Of a DNA stretch of 64,000 nt, positions 1-27,523 are shown one piece after another. Position 1 is the first letter of the stretch. Each line of letters opens with the position of its first letter. Both the position numbers and the translations under genes were made by a program. The DNA is from Amoebidium appalachense. Taxonomy: Eukaryota; Protista; Ichthyosporea. Under the pieces are notes generated by a model. The model was not told where the DNA came from. It ran no database searches and worked only from the letters and a program-made list of their open reading frames with translations. The stretch is from contig CAVNZM010000008.1 of the NCBI GenBank assembly GCA_963693365.1, positions 9,366,818 through 9,430,817 on the forward strand. The letters are read 5' to 3'.

Positions 1-3
1 TGT

Positions 4-38
<35 letters not shown>

Positions 39-181
39 GGGGGGAGAGGAGGGAGTAGAAGTTTCAGAAGAGGAATATACATCTTTAGGGTTACTACAAA
101 TGTTCTGTGCTGATGTATATCTGTTCTAGAATATAAACAATAATAGAACTGCATGGCTTTGATACATTTTGAAGCACTTAC

Positions 182-274
182 CAGGTTGCCGAGGTATACG
201 GGGCAGTTGAAGTCGAAGGCCACATCACGGCGCAGATAGCTGCACGGGCGGGAGTACACCTCCAGCCCTTCATC

Positions 275-359
<85 letters not shown>

Positions 360-382
360 CGCATGAGTGAGAAAACAACAAC

Positions 383-416
<34 letters not shown>

Positions 417-3400
417 CAAGGAAACATGAACAAGAAAAGAAATTTAACGAGGCAAAGGAGAATATAACTTGTTTGAAAAGCCAGAGAAAGGGGGGAAAAG
501 GGACCGAGGAGAAATCGGATTCTGACATTGACACCAAGGGGCCACATGTGGTGCACAGTAAAAAAAAAGGTTGCGCAGGCACACAAATGAAAGCAACGTG
601 CTTTACATGAAATGACCGAAAGAAAAATGGGTTGATTGTGGGTGGGCACCTATATATGAGTGATTGGTGTGCTGGAAGGGAGAGCGAAGGGGAGGGGGGG
701 GGGGAGTTTGAGGAGGGGGGATAAGGGAGGGGGCGAGGGGAGGGAGGGAACGGGCGAAGGGGGAAGGGGGGGGGGGGAAGGGAGCAGGGCAAACCCACGA
801 CTTTTAGACCGGGGCAGTGACCGGGACAGTCGATGCTGTAGGGCAGCTCATGCCGCTCATACGATGACACCCGGCACTCGGTGCTATCCTGGGACTATGT
901 GAACCAAAGGAAACGTCAGAACTATCACACGCACACACGCACATACACACACACGCACACAAAACACACCAAAAAAAAAAAAAAAAAAAGGCAACAAAAA
1001 AGGAGGGGAGGGGGGGGGGGGACAAACACACTTTGCACAACCACTCTTTTTCGACACAACCTTACTGCCCTTGGGGTATCGATGAGCAGAATACAGCAAC
1101 GAAAAATCAGACAAGCAGCAATGCAAACATCCTTCCTGGGCCATTCATACAGCACCCAATCCTCCCCCCCTCCCCCCCCCCCCCCCCCCCCCCCCCTCCT
1201 TCCCCTCCCCCCAGCACGCCCCCCTCCCCCCCTCCCCGCCTCAGCCCCGCAACCCTTTTCTTGCCCATAACCCCTCTCCCCTTCAATCCTTTCCTCTAGG
1301 CTGGCCATTAAGCCTCCCCCCCCCCCCCCCCTGCCCCCCCCTCCCCCACAACCCCAACCCCTCCCCTCCCCCCTCCCACCTCCCAATATATTTTCATCCT
1401 TCGGCAATACATTCGATTGCCCATTCAAACACAGCAACACCAACAGAAAATCTCTACAAATAGACCAAAGCCTTCCTCAATTTTCCGGGGTTTTTTGGGA
1501 CTATTATTAGCTACATGCAAATTGCCGTTCCCCCCTAAAACTCTAGCGGGGGGAATTTTTCAAGGAAATTTGAAGAACACACGACCAGGTTGCCGAGGTA
1601 TACGGGGCAGTTGAAGTCGAAGGCCACATCACAGCGCAGATAGCTGGACGGGCGGGAGTGCACCTCCAGCCCTTCATCCTATTTATTATTATTATTTTTT
1701 TTTTTTTTTTTGGGGGGGGGGGGGTTGTTATAGCCAGGGAGTGTAACTGAATAAGAAGTACACATCCATGACATACAGCACAATGAAGATTGCAGACCAC
1801 ACACGAAGAGTATGAATCATAAGCAGCACGCATCCTCAGGGGGGACCCAAGTCATCCAGGGAGGGGGGGGGGGGGGGGGGGTTGCATGCGCCATAAAGTA
1901 CGAAGTACACATGAACAACGGACAACACAATGCAGAGTGCAAACCACACGCAAAGAGTATGCAGAATAAGCAGAGTCCATCCTCAGGTGGGGCCCCAAGT
2001 CATGGGGGGGAAGGGGAGGGAGGGAGAGGGGGGAGGGGGAGGGGGGGCGGGGCACTACCACGGGGGCAGTATCGACAGGCACGTTGATGTCACATGCCAC
2101 ATCACAGCAGCTGTAGGTGGACACCCTAGACACCACAATCTCCTCCACCTGCTGCGAATTTTCATTAACTCGAGACATACTTTTATTGCCCCCTGCTAGA
2201 AATACGCGATATTAAACGTATTTATTTATTTATGGTGTGTATGCATAATGCATATTTGGAGTTTAGCGTGCAATAGTTGAATGAGGTGTACATGAGGGCA
2301 ATCTTCCAATTTTTAAGGTGTGTATGGTGTGCCTAAAATAAAAATGCCTAGAAGCCACGAATTCGGTAGAAGTTTGCTCATTTTCTTTTCTCAGAAGCGC
2401 AGCCATTCGATCATGATGCGTTGCAAAGAGCAAACGAACATGGAAACACGGACATGCACACTCATTCCGCGAAGAAGCAAAGCATGCGTGCTCGTGTGTC
2501 TGTACATATGCACGCATGCGCATGTGTACGTGCATGGATAACACACATCAGGCGTGCACGTGCGTTACGCCTGTGCCTGCGTGTGATTGTGTATGTATGC
2601 GCAACACGTATGTCTGATTACACAAACTTTGGTGAAATTAACAAAGGATGCACACGTTCGCACATGTGTCTGATTGCATAATCCCGGTGAACTACTGCAA
2701 AAGGGAGGGCGGAAAGGGGCGGAAGCAACTTACAGATGCATAGGCTTCTCCCAGGCAGTCCACGGCATAGGGTATATCCACTCTGGTATATCCAAGAATA
2801 CGGCTGACAAGATCAAAGGCAGCGGTTACGTCCGATGGACCCTGAGAAATGCAAGTCATTTTTTCCGTCTATCGGAAAACAAAAATATCCTAATATTTAT
2901 CTAATCTGGCATATCCAAGAATTCGACTGACAAGATCAAAGGCAGCCGTTACGTCCGATGGCCCCTAAATGCAAGTCTTTGTTTGGTCAGCTGGAAAAAG
3001 CAAAAATATATCCAGCTTCCCTGTTTTTTTTTTCTTTTTTGAAGTTCAGGTTGTGGATGTCACGGCACGCACGAAAAAACACACGCAAATCATGAGTTGC
3101 AAGATCACTGTGATGATGGTAACCTTGGCCACTCATACGTCCCTCCAAAAAAAAAAAAAAAAAGAAAAGAAAGAAAGAAAGGAAGAAGGAAAGAAAAACG
3201 AAGGAAAGAAGGGGGGGGGGGAGGGGGGGGGGGGAGGAGAAAAAAGAAAAAGAGAGCCTTAAAGAGGAAAGAACAAAAAAAGCCGGGGGGCTAAAAGGCC
3301 CACATCCAGTACTCAGTACGGTACATATTCACGACAGGTAACATACGGCTAATATGCAAAAAAGGAGGCATACAACATTTGCACCGAAGGTAGTGATGAT

Positions 3401-3519
3401 GGTGGTGGTTGTGTATGTGTGTGTGCTCCAGCTGGGGAGAGGGGGGAGGAATGGGGTGGTGGTGGTGGTGGTGGTGGTGGGGGGGGGGGGGGGGAAGGGG
3501 GGGAGGGGGGGGGGGGGAG

Positions 3520-3550
<31 letters not shown>

Positions 3551-4230
3551 AAGGGGGAAAAAATCATTTAACACCACAACCCCTAAAAAGTGCGCAACCC
3601 CTAGAAAGCACGGGGACCAAGGCAGCAAAAAAAAAAAAAAAAAAAAAAAACAGACACACACATTACGAATGGCGAACTTACCTCCGCCTTTGCAAGGGCA
3701 GCCACCTCTCCCAGGCCTCTAAATGTGGCGCCCGTGGGCAGGTTAAACCGTGTGAAAACGTGAGGCTGGGGAACAGCAACCAAAGATTAGCAAAACTGAT
3801 GCACTGAAAGACACACATTGGTGTGAAATATGGTGGGCTTGACATCACAGAGTTTTTTCCTCGGCTATAACCCATTAGCAGTGAAGCACATTCCAGAAGT
3901 GAGTTAAGTTGTTAGTTGTGTGCATACGTAACTGTTATGCTAACAAAATGTGGTTCGATGTTGCCGAATATGAATCACTGAGCAGATCATGTCCATTCAA
4001 TCGTCGCTTGTAGCCATGCGATCACCCATGTGCCTTGAGCGTTAGCTGAGGCCACCCACCTTCTGATCACTGAGGGCCGGCTCAGTTGCCGCCGAAATGA
4101 GCGAGGGGCCTCTCATTGCTATTAGCCCCTCCCGTGATGGCCGGCGGCGTGCTGGTGCCTTTGGCCGGTCACGAAACGCTGCCAACCGCTCAGCGGCCGG
4201 AGAGCGCATTTCGAGCATAGTGCGTCCCAT
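182..4230 (-). CDS. Unknown multi-exon protein with ~30-36 aa repeats, one per phase-0 exon; 3' end lies beyond the left edge of the window
   Basis: Phase-0 exons with GT-AG boundaries: 4230-4060 (MGRTMLEM...SDQK), 3765-3682 (PHVFTRF...AKAE), 2841-2734 (GPSDVTAAFDLVSRILGYTRVDIPYAVDCLGEAYAS), 2148-2059 (VEEIVVSRVSTYSCCDVACDINVPVDTAPV), 1678-1583 (DEGLEVHSRPSSYLRCDVAFDFNCPVYLGNLV), 888-799 (DSTECRVSSYERHELPYSIDCPGHCPGLKV), 274-182 (DEGLEVYSRPCSYLRRDVAFDFNCPVYLGNL). The last five share a motif like SR-x-x-x-Y-x3-[DE]-[VIL]-x3-[IVF]-[DN]-[CV]-P. Family not recognised; extra exons may be missed. Confidence 0.6.
1741..1986 (-). repeat. Two short (~105 bp) copies of the dispersed element (1741-1839, 1883-1986)
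   Basis: Minus strand reads CCTGAGGATGGACTCTGCTTATTCTGCATACTC...TGCATTGTGTTGT...GTGTACTTCGTACT. Confidence 0.75.
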
Positions 4231-6137
4231 GTTTGGTTTGTTCTGCGAAAAACGATGAAGACGAAAAGTATGTTAACTTACGCAAAAAGGAGGGATGAAT
4301 ATTAAAAAGCACAGAGGCAGCGTGGATTTCGATCGCAAATTATGGTGTATGCCCACTTTGTAAAGTTTTTTGTGTTTGCATCACTCCAATTGTGTGCAAA
4401 TGCCTATCTGTACAAGTGTGTGCACACACTGTCGACACAGTGAATATGCTTATCAATTGCCAGCACACATTTTCTTGGCTCTCCAAAGCATAAGTGCAAA
4501 TGTATCCATCGTTTTTAGGCTGTATTTGTCTACGATAACGTCTGGTCACTGAATTGCATCATCGGTCTTTTGCCCGATTGGCGTGTGCTTATAACGACGA
4601 CCGATGAATCGTTTCACAAGCAAGAAAGCCCACAGCCATAATGTAAACAATTGCAATTGCAACCAGTTTCAGGCAAATCATCTACAAATAAGTGTGTGCC
4701 ACATATTCAGCATTGGGTGGTCACCGAACCCATTGTATTTGTAACTAACATCAGTAGCCACATAAGTATTTGTAACTAACATCAGTAGCCACATCATGAG
4801 CAACTCTTCAGCTTCCTTGGGGAAGGCACGCTAGCAATAACGTCTTATAGCAACGCATTTCACTTCGCTAGCCACAGGAAGACTCGTGAATTTGGTCTAA
4901 GCAATAAACGCAGCAGTCATTGGTTTCAAGTACACTGAACATCAGTCCAAACCTCACCTTTTTTGCCTTACAAACAATAATCCTTTTCTTGTTTTTGCGT
5001 TTGATTACAATCAGTTGCCGAATTTATACATTTATACACCTCTATTCTGGGGGGCCAATCAGGAAGAACCAATCAAATCAAAATGGGAAAGCCGTCTCCA
5101 AAACTAGTTATTATGATGAGGGGTTTATGACTTCTCTGTTTTAGACATTTCTTATCTGTTGATTTAGCAACCGAAGTTTAGCCACCTAGGAAATACTAAA
5201 AAAAGCCACAAATACCTTAAAAATGTTTATTTTTGGGTTTATACTGTCACAACAAAGTTTTTAGGTAGAGTAATCATCTGGATTATATTCTCATTCTCGC
5301 CGTCACCATGTCATACCAAAGCACCCCCTTTGTCTCAAATTAGCTGGTGAGTCGTGACGGTCGGCAGCCGGCCGTCCGCCCGCAGCCTGCGAAGATGCTC
5401 AGATATTAAAAAAGGTGAGCAACTGACTAAATGGCTTACAAAATAATCTTCTTTGGCTATATAATATTGAGTATTAAAATATATGATACAGTTTGTACGC
5501 TTCTCCTACAAGTTTTTAATCACATTTTCGATACTACATATGGGCAGGGCCGAATCACGCACTTGCTAAGATGACGCACGACGCTTGAAGCACTTGCCTG
5601 ATAAGGATAGTTTTGATTGGCGCCAAGCCAAAAGATCCGTTCTCTCTCTCTCTCTCTCTCTCAGACCGGGGCTTGCCGTTTTTCTTTTTTTTTTATGGGC
5701 TTCAAAGTGAAGTAGGGTAAACATGCGCAACGCATATGTATTTCAAGGCATGACACCTTCTTCTTCTTCTTTCTCTTTCAAAAGGCATTGAATATAGGCA
5801 AGAGCTAAAGATCTGGCGAGTTGGTGTGGTGCAGTACTGGTGGGGTGGGATCTTCGATGAGGAGTTAACGAAGCCAAGTTTGCTCTCAGAAACCCGCTCA
5901 TCGCTTTACGTTACGACATTCGTTTGATAGGAATTTTACGTGGAACGTGAGTACATGCCGAAACAGCAAGTATTAGCCCTAATTTTCATCAAAAACAAAG
6001 AAACTGGCATGGCTTTGCACTGAAACTGACAAGAGTTCTCTCGCACTCGCGCCTAGATTCGTAACCAAACCTTGAAACATCCTGGTTTTAGCCCCAGTAC
6101 ACATTTACACGGCGGACAGAGCCACCCGTCCATCATC
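4231..6137. promoter_or_regulatory. Divergent promoter region between the repeat-protein gene (-) and ARF (+)
   Basis: Head-to-head arrangement, no long G/C runs, CCAATC near 5055 and 5069, GATTGG near 5615. Confidence 0.4.
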
Positions 6138-10047
<3,910 letters not shown>

Positions 10048-10362
10048 AGGGGTTGGAAGGAGTTTTATTGCATGTATGGAAACAAAGTATTGATATGTGT
10101 GTGCTTTGAGTATCTATACATATATAGCATGCGGGTTTATGGCACCTGAAGATGTATAGCATGTGTGTGTGTGTGTGTATGAAAGGGATGTTTTTACCTA
10201 ATTTTTAATAAGTATGTGGTTTTCACTGGTGAGATGCAAAAATGTATGCAGACTCGTGGGACAGTGTGAAAAACACACGTGTTTGTGTTGGTTGTGAAGT
10301 GACCAAAGTAGTACACAAAGACAGTAGTACACAAAAATACACATACACACGCGTGCGTAACG

Positions 10363-10517
<155 letters not shown>

Positions 10518-11485
10518 AAATCTTTATGGAGCACACGTTCGATTCTACGAAGAGATCAAACCTAAACGAATGATATGTGACCAATAGACACCTACGGCTT
10601 TACGATAAGAATGTTTATTTATGGCAATGTTTGTTTGCATGGTGATTTATAGTCTTTTATCCCTGCTCCGTATCATACTGTTGAGTTTTGTTCCATTTTG
10701 TTATTATTCTTAGTTTTCCAATAGACTACTAAAACATCCTCTTGGGGAGGCCCTCGGGATCGGGTGAGCCCCCCTCCTGGACAAGTTCCGATATTTTATT
10801 ATTTTTTGAGGTTTGAGCTCTGTAAATACATGAACGCTCGACATCCTTATTTATGCAATGATCATCGTACCATGAAGATTTATTGTTAAACATAATATAA
10901 AAAACAAACGTGTACTCTAAACAGAGAATTAAAGGTCCGATTCGATTTGAATCGCTGACGTGGCCCGACCCAGGCCGCACTCAAAGCGACCGGTACCAGT
11001 GTCACTCTCTTTGGGGTTTGTGATTGGGCCTTGTTTGTATTGTTTGCGGCAAAAGAACAAAGTAGAGTATCACAAGGAATACAATGCATTGCATGTGTAC
11101 TTATTCGGCCCGGGCTATGGGGATTAACGTTGGTCTGATCTATAGCTCAGGTTGTTCCTACGTAGATATTACTATCATAGTAGAAGAAGATCAGCTCTCA
11201 AGCTACATGTACATTGGAAAGTTAAAGAAAACCGGCTCGTGCACTGTAAGCGTGTGTGCTTGTGCGTGTGCGCGCACGCGCACTCGAGCGCACGCGCGCG
11301 CATGTGTGTATGTGTACGTGTGTGTGTGATCATTGTGTGTGCGTTTGTGCGTGTGTGTGCGCGCGCTCGGGTGCAAGTGTGTGTGTGTCCACGTGTGACT
11401 GTGTGGTGTGTATGTGTATGTGTGTGTGTGTGTGCACGTGTGTGTGTGTGTTTTGTAGGGGATTGGTGGTGGTGGTGGTGGTGGT

Positions 11486-11545
<60 letters not shown>

Positions 11546-12319
11546 GGAACAAAAGTCGTTACGGGGATTCATTCCTGTTGGCCGGGCCAAGCTTGCTTTT
11601 ATTCCAGGCAAGAAGAAGAAAAAAAAAAGAAAAAAAAAAAAGAGGGGAGGGGGGGGGGGGGGGGGGGGGGGGGGTATTTCGGGGTAGTTTCAACATAGGG
11701 TTATTCTTCTTACCCAGGCGATACTGTGTTGATCAGTTTTTTCAACGTATCGGGCGGAAATGAACAATCGGTACCTAAGGTTCGGTTAGTTCTTCATTCT
11801 TCAAGATAACAATACTCCTATTGTGTTGCAATACTCTTCTCTGAAGACATGAACAGACGAGATATCACAGATATCTCAGAAGAAAAATCGGACAGTTCAA
11901 TTATAGAATTCATTTGAATTATTGCACCGGTGGCAGTGTGATCATACCAAATCGGGCTCCCGTTATATCCAAGGTCCCTTTCATAACCCTTGCATGGGCA
12001 TATTATGATGGTGTCAACAGTGCCGACGGATTTAATTTACCCCATGCAGCATTGTCTCCCGCTTTGGTAATGCTCATTTTCATCAATTCTGCCCATTCAA
12101 TCAAAACCATACCATACACGGAAGAAATTCCATTTCATCGAATAATTGTGTACCCGCTCATTCATCCACCTTCACAAAACATCATTAACTTATGCTCTCG
12201 TATACTGGATGTGACAAGGGCTCAAGATCGATCATATGAGCAAAAGCATCATACAAATACTGGTTTTCTTTCGAAGCTATTCATAAAAGGGCAACATTGC
12301 GAAATTTCTAACATCCCCC

Positions 12320-12350
<31 letters not shown>

Positions 12351-12464
12351 AAAATATCAAACCCATATCACTACAAAATCAGGGCAGGATGCAGGATGGG
12401 ATAATTGACGGGTGGTGGTGGTGTATGTGTGTGCGTGCGTGTGTCCGTGTGCGTGCGTGTGTGT

Positions 12465-12495
<31 letters not shown>

Positions 12496-12550
12496 GAGGG
12501 GGGGGAGGGGGGGGGGGGGGGGGGGGTAGGTGGGGAGGATGCCCTCGAAA

Positions 12551-23960
<11,410 letters not shown>

Positions 23961-24599
23961 GTTACTCTGTTTTTCAACAATGGCTTTACTTAACAATTCT
24001 GGGAAGCTTGCGGCTTGATCTCATATATTAATGCTTTGGACATTCAAACACCGAGCAGAGAAACAATGTGATGTATGTTGTTGTTTCCTGCGTGTATGGG
24101 GAGAAGAATTCAAAAACCACGAGTGTGGGATACGTCGGGAGGGGGGGACAGGATCAATGAATGAATCAGCAACACAGTACGTGTGCGGCATCAATGTGTG
24201 TACACTGGTTCCTAATAATGACAGCCGTAAAAGAAGGAGTGCGCTCCCTCTACTCTTTTCCTTCTCTCCCCCCTTCCCTCCTATCATTGCACACACACTC
24301 TTTCTCTCCCCCCTTCCCTCCTATCATTGCACACACACTTTTTCTCTCCACCCGACTCCCGGAGGCTCCCTCAACTTTCCAATAAACCTGAGTCAAAAAA
24401 AGAAAAAAAACTTTCCAAGTTGTTGGGATTGCGTAATCGGAAATGAGGTACCAGCCCTGGTGGCTCACAACTCGGCCCCTCACACACATCCATATCGCCC
24501 GGGTCGGCATAAACGTTTATGGTGGTACCGGGTGTGGTGGCCCGTGGTGGCGGCGGGTGGTGGTGGTGGTGGTGGGTGGTTGGGGGGGTAGGTGGGTGG

Positions 24600-24631
<32 letters not shown>

Positions 24632-26055
24632 GGGGGAGGGGGGAGAGGAGAGGTCAGCTGTGCTGAACGAATCAGAATAAGGCAGTTTTAACGCGTACAT
24701 ATATGTGCACGTGTATGCATATGTAATGTAATGTAAAGCAAGCTGGAGGAAAGGTAACACCTACATACTGTAGCATATTTGACCAGGACCCATGCCGCTA
24801 ATATAATATGGTCCAATTGCTACCACACTTTGATGCCCAGCGCCGGCATGCATTCTACACAGTGCGCAGGAATTTATAAAAAGTGTAAACAGAAGACTGC
24901 CCCGGTGACTGCAAATACGGCCACTCCCCATGGAACCTGGCCTACACCCCGGCCACCCTCTCCCCCAGCCCCGGGAACGCAGATGGGGAGGGTGAAGGGT
25001 CAGACACGGAGCCAGAATCGGAATCGACGGACCCAGCGACGACTCCGACGACTCAGAGGACTCTAGCACCGACAGCACCAACAGCAAATACGAGCCCCCT
25101 GAGCCCCCAGCCGATAACCACACTCACAACAAGCAGTGTGTGGGGTGGACCCGTGCTGTGGAGGTGATACGGGCAGACCCCTACGTGGCCTTCAAGACCC
25201 GAATCACCACCCACACGGTAGTCCCGAAGTACCACAAGGACTTCATCGACACCGACAGCATCGACATCTACCAAGTCATCGATGGCTCCGATCCGGCCGA
25301 GCAGTGGAGGAAGATACACAATTTTCGGCGGCATCTTCCCCCCCACCAACAGTCATCACCCCAGATGCTCCACCTGCAAGGAGGCCACACCCTTGCCGGG
25401 GGACCTCCCCGGCCCACCACCCCCCCAGCAGCCACCACCGGTAGGGTCACCACCAGGACACAAGTGCACGGCCCATGGCCACCCGGCTGACCTGCCGAGC
25501 CCACCCACTCCCCGTAGGCTCACCTACACCGACTTGGTGCCCCAGGCCACCTATGACGAGTGGCAGCAGCAAATCACCCTGCTCCCCCCAGACCAACCGA
25601 TCAGCGTTTATACGGACGGCAGCCTCACCCACCTGGGCAGGAGGATAGCCCAGGCCGGAGCCGGGGCTGTGCTGGACACCCCGGACCGGAAAGCACCACC
25701 AGTGGCGGCCAAGACCAGGCTCCATACGGCCCTATCATCCACCCAAGCCGAACTCACAGGGGTACTACTAGCCCTCCTGCTCACCCCCACCCCCACCCCC
25801 ATCCACATCAAGCTCGATAACCTCGGAGTAGTCGACCGATGGGGGGCAAACATGGACCCCACCACACGTACCCCGGCCCTCGACGTAAGCTAAAGTTCCC
25901 TCACATAGTGGAATGGGCTCACGTACGAGACCAACTCTCCCTACGGCAACCAGGCTCTGTACAGGTATCGTGGGTGAAGGGGCACCAATCCAACACCAAA
26001 CGGTACGGTCAACGGAATAACGAGGCAGACAAGGCAGCCAATGCAGGAAGAGCCC

Positions 26056-26095
<40 letters not shown>

Positions 26096-26321
26096 ACCCC
26101 CGGCCCTGGGGGGGGGGGGGGGGGGGCGGGGGGGGGGGGGAATACTTTCTACGGTCTACAAGGCCACCGTATCCCCAGCAACATTCCCGGTACACTGAAC
26201 CGGTTGAAAAAGGACTTCCTCACCGACATGGTCGGCAAGACCAAGGCTATGTCCATACTAGCCGACCCCAGACTGCTCCCAGCCGAACGGAACCCCCTCA
26301 AGCTCAACAAGGGGCCCGCAC

Positions 26322-26803
26322 TGTTGGAAGTAGAGTCCGCTGTGACTAGGGTCGTCGTGGCGCGCTTGGGCGCTGACCCGTTTTTTACTGCTTTCAGTGT
26401 GTTAACTCCATGACTGAACTCCATGACTTAACTCCATGACTTAACTCCATGACTGAACTCCATGACTGAACTCCATGACTGAACTCCATGTCTGAACTCC
26501 ATGTCTGAACTCCATGACTGAACTCCATGACTGCACCTGGCAGAGACGTGGCTTATATACCCGTGGGGCAGCAGTCTGGAATGTAATCCGGATGCCAGGT
26601 GCTAATCGGATTGGTTACTTTCATTTAGAGATCTCTGGGACCAGTGAACCAATCGTTTGCAGTCAAAACACAATTGGCAACATTCCTCAACTATGCAGAT
26701 GTGCATGTGGTGATCGAGTGTCAGCGTGTGTCTGTGTACACGGAACCAATTGTAAAGCTAACATACACATATTGTGGAGTGAGCGTAAGTCTGCACTCCA
26801 ACA
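26322..26803 (-). repeat. 3' LTR (482 bp) containing 10 copies of a 13-bp unit at 26404-26533
   Basis: Matches 27107-27523 except for five extra units of AACTCCATG(A/T)CT(G/T). Confidence 0.9.
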
Positions 26804-27091
26804 CCCCTACCCAATTGGAGAAGTGTACACACCACTAGAGAAGAGAGAGTGAGTGTGGCTGCTTGCAGGGTAGACCGGGGTGTGCATTCCACTGTGGTGC
26901 GTGCCCCGCCAATGAAGTGGAATACTTGACGTTGATGTCGCAGGCTGCTGCGGATGGAGTTTGTGGAAGCGAAAGTCTCTACTTCACGGAAATACGCTCG
27001 CGGGTGTAGGGTACAGCCTAGAAGTCGGTTTCTGGGCTCCTCCGTTCAAGGCGTCGTAGGGGACGTGAAGTTAGAGGCCGCGGTGTCGTGT

Positions 27092-27105
27092 CTGGGCCCA
27101 TAACC
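27092..27105 (-). other. Primer binding site complementary to the anticodon half of initiator tRNA-Met
   Basis: Plus-strand ctgggcccataacc reads GGTTATGGGCCCAG on the minus strand, 1 nt from the LTR end. This is the PBS type of Drosophila copia and yeast Ty5. Confidence 0.85.
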
Positions 27106-27106
27106 C

Positions 27107-27523
27107 TGTTGGAAGTAGAGTCCGCTGTGACTAGGGTCGTCGTGGCGCGCTTGGGCGCTGACCCGTTTTTTACTGCTTTCAGTGTGTTAACTCCATGACT
27201 GAACTCCATGACTTAACTCCATGACTTAACTCCATGACTGAACTCCATGACTGCACCTGGCAGAGACGTGGCTTATATACCCGTGGGGCAGCAGTCTGGA
27301 ATGTAATCCGGATGCCAGGTGCTAATCGGATTGGTTACTTTCATTTAGAGATCTCTGGGACCAGTGAACCAATCGTTTGCAGTCAAAACACAATTGGCAA
27401 CATTCCTCAACTATGCAGATGTGCATGTGGTGATCGAGTGTCAGCGTGTGTCTGTGTACACGGAACCAATTGTAAAGCTAACATACACATATTGTGGAGT
27501 GAGCGTAAGTCTGCACTCCAACA
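27107..27523 (-). repeat. 5' LTR (417 bp) containing 5 copies of a 13-bp unit at 27189-27253
   Basis: TG...CA termini with a 7-bp terminal inverted repeat; direct repeat of 26322-26803. Confidence 0.9.

Larger units (their letters stand above)
26322..27523 (-). mobile_element. Non-autonomous LTR retrotransposon in miniature (TRIM-like) with copia-type primer binding site
   Basis: Two direct repeats, 26322-26803 and 27107-27523, each bounded by TGTTGGA...TCCAACA. Internal region 26804-27106 (303 bp) is non-coding. On the minus strand, PBS GGTTATGGGCCCAG follows the 5' LTR, PPT GGGTAGGGG precedes the 3' LTR, and TATATAAG lies within the LTR. Confidence 0.9.

Noticed and set aside
11914-12408. 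164-aa ORF between ARF and ABTB1
   Set aside because: TTG start, no recognisable motif, and it runs into homopolymers; possibly decayed repeat DNA.
26404-26533. 13-bp tandem array as a CRISPR or telomeric repeat
   Set aside because: There are no unique spacers, and it lies inside both LTRs of a retroelement.
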